Shown in pieces: positions 60,216-64,000 of a stretch of 64,000 bases of DNA. How positions within the stretch are numbered: position 1 is the stretch's first letter; the number at the start of each line of letters is the position of its first letter. Both the position numbers and the translations under genes were made by a program. Under the pieces are notes generated by a model, which did not search any database, was not told the DNA's origin, and saw only the letters and a list, made by a program, of their open reading frames with translations. This stretch comes from a virus, in IMG/VR virus record IMGVR_UViG_3300032249_000925, positions 35,363 through 99,362 of that record; one strand, 5' to 3'.

Positions 60216-61106
60216 TTAAAAGCTTGTTTTACTAATTTTAAGAGTTTTTGTTCCAGATAAACCAAAAACAAATGGACCAGTGCCGTCGTGTCCTGTCGGT
60301 TCTGAGAAGTTAGTGTTACCGCTAACGCCACTGACTGACACTGTAAGTCCTCCAACAATTTCGATAGTGTACCTACCTGTATAACTCTGGGCAGTGTCAA
60401 AAACTAACTCAATGTCGTTGTAACCACCGTCAGCCCCACTTGCATCATCAAATGAATGCTGCAATGCAATAATATTACCAGTCCATAGACTACTAGTGGT
60501 AGGACTTAAACTTCCAAAAGCGTAAGAAGAGCCACCCATAGAATTATATCCAGTTTGGCCAACAGCACCAGTACCACTGCTACTATACCCGCCAACAGTC
60601 ATAGTAAGGGTAACACTTGTTGGTGCTGCTGGTGCCTGGCTAGTATCAATGACTGAAATGTAGCCGCTTTGTAAAACAGGGGTATTGCTAATACCGTTAA
60701 TATTTATTACAAATTGCTCAGTACCTTCAGTTAAATTATCAGCTATAAGATTTAATGTAAATGAACCAGTATTGCTATTAATTATAAATGTTCCAGTAAG
60801 TGGTCCAGTAATACCAAAATCACTACTACTAATAGCACCAGGGCTTGCCGTGCCAATTCCCCAATAACATGTACTACCATTAGGTACATTAGTAGTGTTA
60901 ACAGTCACTGTTAAACTACTGCTTTCATTAATACTAGTTGGTAAGGGGCCAAATGCATATGTTGGCGATGTTGGTGGTGCTGGTGGTGCTGGTGGTGTTA
61001 TAATTGTGCCACTTGCAAGTTTCATTATAAATGGTAGTGCATGGAAGGGTGGCAAGTTTTGATTGAGGCCAGTAGTGCCTGTAGAATCAGTAGTAATAGT
61101 GCTCAT
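60216..61106 (-). CDS. Tail-collar C-terminal strand fused to a Pro linker, Calx-beta/Ig-like and tip domains
   Basis: Starts STGTTGLNQNLPPFHALPFIMK; SINES..ADNLTEGTEQF. Confidence 0.75.
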   Translation of the reverse strand: MSTITTDSTGTTGLNQNLPPFHALPFIMKLASGTIITPPAPPAPPTSPTYAFGPLPTSINESSSLTVTVNTTNVPNGSTCYWGIGTASPGAISSSDFGITGPLTGTFIINSNTGSFTLNLIADNLTEGTEQFVININGISNTPVLQSGYISVIDTSQAPAAPTSVTLTMTVGGYSSSGTGAVGQTGYNSMGGSSYAFGSLSPTTSSLWTGNIIALQHSFDDASGADGGYNDIELVFDTAQSYTGRYTIEIVGGLTVSVSGVSGNTNFSEPTGHDGTGPFVFGLSGTKTLKISKTSF

Positions 61107-61226
61107 GTTTTTTTGACTAATGCGTTTACAATAGGATTGCCTAGCCTATTAATTACAAATGCTATTAGCATAGTTTAATCCTTATTTTATTATTTAATTG
61201 TAGTACTGCAGCCAAAGCTTTTAGTT

Positions 61227-61709
61227 TTAAAAAACTTTCCTAGCATTAAACATTCTAGGTACCCTGTTAGGAGTTAAATCGTCAAATGGTAGCGCAGGAG
61301 GAATTAAAAATTTTCCAGTTTGTTTGTGTACACTTTCTATTGTTTCTCGCAATGATGTTGGAACTGGAATCATTTCAGGATCAATAATAGTTTCTGTTTC
61401 ATCACGTAAAGCATGAATGCAACAAACAACGGTGTTATCTTCTAAAGAAGTTATTTGATGGGCAATATTTTTTTCAATCATTACCATTGATGGAGCATGA
61501 TAGACAACAGGGTCTAATAATTCTTGAGTATTATCGTTGTATACTTGAATCGCAATAGATCCAGATGCTACAAGACTAGTATGTGAATATGGATGTCTAT
61601 GTCCAACTTCGACAATGCCTTCTTTTGAAAATAGCATACGCCTAACGTACACATTGGAAAGACAAGAAATTTTAATTTCGGGTCCTTGTTGTGTTGCTTG
61701 TGGTTTCAT
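61227..61709 (-). CDS. Cupin-fold protein
   Basis: GHRHPYSHTSLVASG...AHQI...CCIH. Confidence 0.75.
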   Translation of the reverse strand: MKPQATQQGPEIKISCLSNVYVRRMLFSKEGIVEVGHRHPYSHTSLVASGSIAIQVYNDNTQELLDPVVYHAPSMVMIEKNIAHQITSLEDNTVVCCIHALRDETETIIDPEMIPVPTSLRETIESVHKQTGKFLIPPALPFDDLTPNRVPRMFNARKVF

Positions 61710-61951
61710 CTTACAAATGATCCTAACTCAATAGTTTGAAATTGACGTGTTTCGTAATTCCATTTTAAAATTCGACGAGCTTTACCACTACTAATATTTT
61801 GAATTCGAATTTCAAGTGCCCAGTCTGGAAGTGGCACAACTGACATACCGTCTGGTTCAGAATACACAATATTTTCTTCTGTACCAACACCGTGCTCTAC
61901 TATTATTCCATTTATAATTTTAGCTATATTCATTATTAAGTACTCTGCCAT
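61706..61951 (-). CDS. Hypothetical protein
   Basis: Coupled ORF downstream of the tail tip gene. Confidence 0.55.
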   Translation of the reverse strand: MAEYLIMNIAKIINGIIVEHGVGTEENIVYSEPDGMSVVPLPDWALEIRIQNISSGKARRILKWNYETRQFQTIELGSFVR

Positions 61952-64000
61952 AAACGTGCTGTAATTATGTGGGGACCACCATTTGCTGGGTGATATACGT
62001 GTACCTGGTGTCGATTAATTCCTGAAGCAAGAATTTGTCTTTTAACGTTTGCTACCTCAAATTCTGCGTCGATGCCAGCGCTACCATAAGTTACCCAGTA
62101 ATCAAAATCAATTTCTACTAGTCCTAGACTACCGCCAGCGGGTATGGTAACAATATCCGTTGCCTCTTCCGGAGCAACATTAATAGACCCTGTAACTGTT
62201 CCTGTTGCAGTTTGTTTAAGTACTCCACCAGTATTAGTAATGGTATGAGTGTGTGCTACTACTACTGCATCAGCTGTGCCACCTCTACTTCCTGGAGTAA
62301 AAGTACTACTAGAACCCATAACAAATCGATCGCGTAGATCAGGTGTACCATTTCCTCCATCACATAATGCCCAGCCAGGGGGTATTGTAGACCCGGAAAA
62401 CGTAATAATACCACCAGTTGGAAAAGCTGCTCCAAGATCTAGTTTATCAGCAGTAATTGTTCCAACTTTAATATTACCACCAGCAATAACGTTACCATTA
62501 AAATTAAGTGCGCCACCATTATAGGTAATATTAGTAGTACTATTGCCAAAAGCAAAATGTCCGTCTTTATTAATTAGACCACCAGCTCCAGTCATTGTAG
62601 TACCACTTATAGCAGCTGTACCAGCCTTAAAATCACCAGTTACTGTTAAGTCACCAGTATTTGCAGTAATTGCTGATAAAGTACCTACTTTAAGTGTACT
62701 TAAGTAGGGAACATTCCAAGTAGTGTTATCGGTAACAACATTATAAAAACCATCACTTTGATATACACTTTCACCAGCTGTTATACTAGGAGGAGTTGCT
62801 TGCCAAACTGTGCCTGCTCCCCAGGAGTCATTAGCAGGAAAACTAATATTTCCTGTAGTTACAATAGTAGTAGGTGTAGAGCCCAGACTTGTTAAAGTGG
62901 TTTTAGTGTAAGCTGTTCTAGCGGAAACTCCTTGATATCCGCGTCTAGATAGACTATAACTAATAGTTGTGGTTAATTTAGTTAAAACATTTGCAGCATC
63001 TCTAATACTTACTTCTATTATAGCATTTGCAGTATCACTGGTCATAGCAACGGGATCATTAACAGTAAACACATTACCACTACCACTACCAGTTACAGTA
63101 ATGCCTGAAGTAGAGAATACCATAGCACTAAATGTTTTAGCACCGCTAGTAGCATAGTTAAGTTGTTCTGTACCTATATAAGCTCTTATTAGTGCAAGAC
63201 TACCACTAAAATCAATACCTGCATAACCAGAAGCCGCGCCAGCAAAAGTAATATTTTCATTACTATTAGTAATACTAATAGCACTGCTTGCGTCTATTAA
63301 TAGCGGAATAGTTATTTGATCGGCTACTGTAGTTGTAATATTATTAAATTTGCATGTTAATTCACACTTATATGTGTTTGTAACAACTGTACTGCTATAG
63401 TCAGTATTAGCTACTGTATAGCTACTAGCAGTAGCACCACTAATTAGATCAAAAGTACCCGTACTACTAGTTTGTTTATACCACTTATAACTTTCTGAAC
63501 CAGCATCAGTATTTTGTGCTATAGTAGTTAATGTAACATTTGTAGGAGTTATAGTAGTATCTACAGCTCTTTTAAACGTAACAGCACTATTTTGAATAGA
63601 AAATATTCCTGCATAAAAACCAGTTCTAGCTAAACTATAACTAATAGTTGAAGTTAGTGTGCTTAAAGTACCAGCAGCATCTCTAATATTTACTGTTACT
63701 ACTGCAGTAGCTGTATCTTTGCTCATGGCACTAGGTTGAGTAACATTAAACACATTACCACTGCCACTACCAGTTACAGTAACACCATCAGTAACTATTG
63801 TACAATCAAATGTTTTAGCACCAGTAGTAGCATAGTTAAGCTGTTCTGTGCCTATATAAACTCTTATTACTGCACTACCACCAGTAAAATCAATACCTGT
63901 ATAACCAAAAACAGGTCCTGCAAAAGTAATATTTTCATTACTATTAGTAATACTAATAGCACTGCTTGAGTCTATTAGTAGCGGAATAGTTATTTGATCA
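61936..64000 (-). CDS. C-terminal part of a large central tail fibre / host-specificity protein (5' end outside the window)
   Basis: Reading frame stays open to 64000; internal repeat of about 678 nt; LSAITANTGDL motif; tail-collar N-half FPTGGII..GWALCDG.NGTPDLRDRF..G followed by HTH. Confidence 0.85.
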   Translation of the reverse strand, partial: DQITIPLLIDSSSAISITNSNENITFAGPVFGYTGIDFTGGSAVIRVYIGTEQLNYATTGAKTFDCTIVTDGVTVTGSGSGNVFNVTQPSAMSKDTATAVVTVNIRDAAGTLSTLTSTISYSLARTGFYAGIFSIQNSAVTFKRAVDTTITPTNVTLTTIAQNTDAGSESYKWYKQTSSTGTFDLISGATASSYTVANTDYSSTVVTNTYKCELTCKFNNITTTVADQITIPLLIDASSAISITNSNENITFAGAASGYAGIDFSGSLALIRAYIGTEQLNYATSGAKTFSAMVFSTSGITVTGSGSGNVFTVNDPVAMTSDTANAIIEVSIRDAANVLTKLTTTISYSLSRRGYQGVSARTAYTKTTLTSLGSTPTTIVTTGNISFPANDSWGAGTVWQATPPSITAGESVYQSDGFYNVVTDNTTWNVPYLSTLKVGTLSAITANTGDLTVTGDFKAGTAAISGTTMTGAGGLINKDGHFAFGNSTTNITYNGGALNFNGNVIAGGNIKVGTITADKLDLGAAFPTGGIITFSGSTIPPGWALCDGGNGTPDLRDRFVMGSSSTFTPGSRGGTADAVVVAHTHTITNTGGVLKQTATGTVTGSINVAPEEATDIVTIPAGGSLGLVEIDFDYWVTYGSAGIDAEFEVANVKRQILASGINRHQVHVYHPANGGPHIITARLWQST

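Noticed and set aside
59630-62250. Shufflon or invertible tail cassette
   Set aside because: All modules are on the same strand, no inverted crossover sites were seen and no recombinase is in the window; kept only as a minor alternative
61936-63753. GTG at 63753 as the gene start
   Set aside because: The frame is open to the window end and continues the repeat, so the gene is 5'-truncated

Overview
A 64 kb slice of a lytic, AT-rich, T5-like (Demerecviridae-like) tailed phage genome. The host is probably a freshwater Betaproteobacterium, inferred from a Bug/TctC gene and an ANDEVFALAA tmRNA tag. Layout: (1) 1-4.8 kb, minus strand: small early ORFs, thyX and a SleB-like hydrolase. (2) 5-17 kb, plus strand: accessory/stress region with Hsp20 behind a ROSE-like thermometer, UvsE, a deaminase, a rubredoxin, a self-contained Gly/Gln-rich plus collagen-like operon, a circularly permuted two-piece tmRNA next to a ClpP gene, a short C5 methyltransferase and five tRNAs. 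(3) 17.7-37.1 kb: the canonical T5 replication block (D3, D2-like, split NAD ligase, D5, helicase, primase, PolA, D10-D15) ending in a class II ribonucleotide reductase. (4) 37.2-64 kb, minus strand: PhoH, lysis genes, porin, TctC, an AsnB-like enzyme and many tail fibre/tip genes. Top leads: the permuted tmRNA beside ClpP; a tail-collar domain split across three genes; a holin-like ORF joined to a transglycosylase by a C_CCA_AAG -1 slippery site; the autonomous collagen/Gly-zipper operon; and a Cys-rich fibre tip next to an AsnB-like enzyme. All product calls come from motif recognition by eye; no searches were run.
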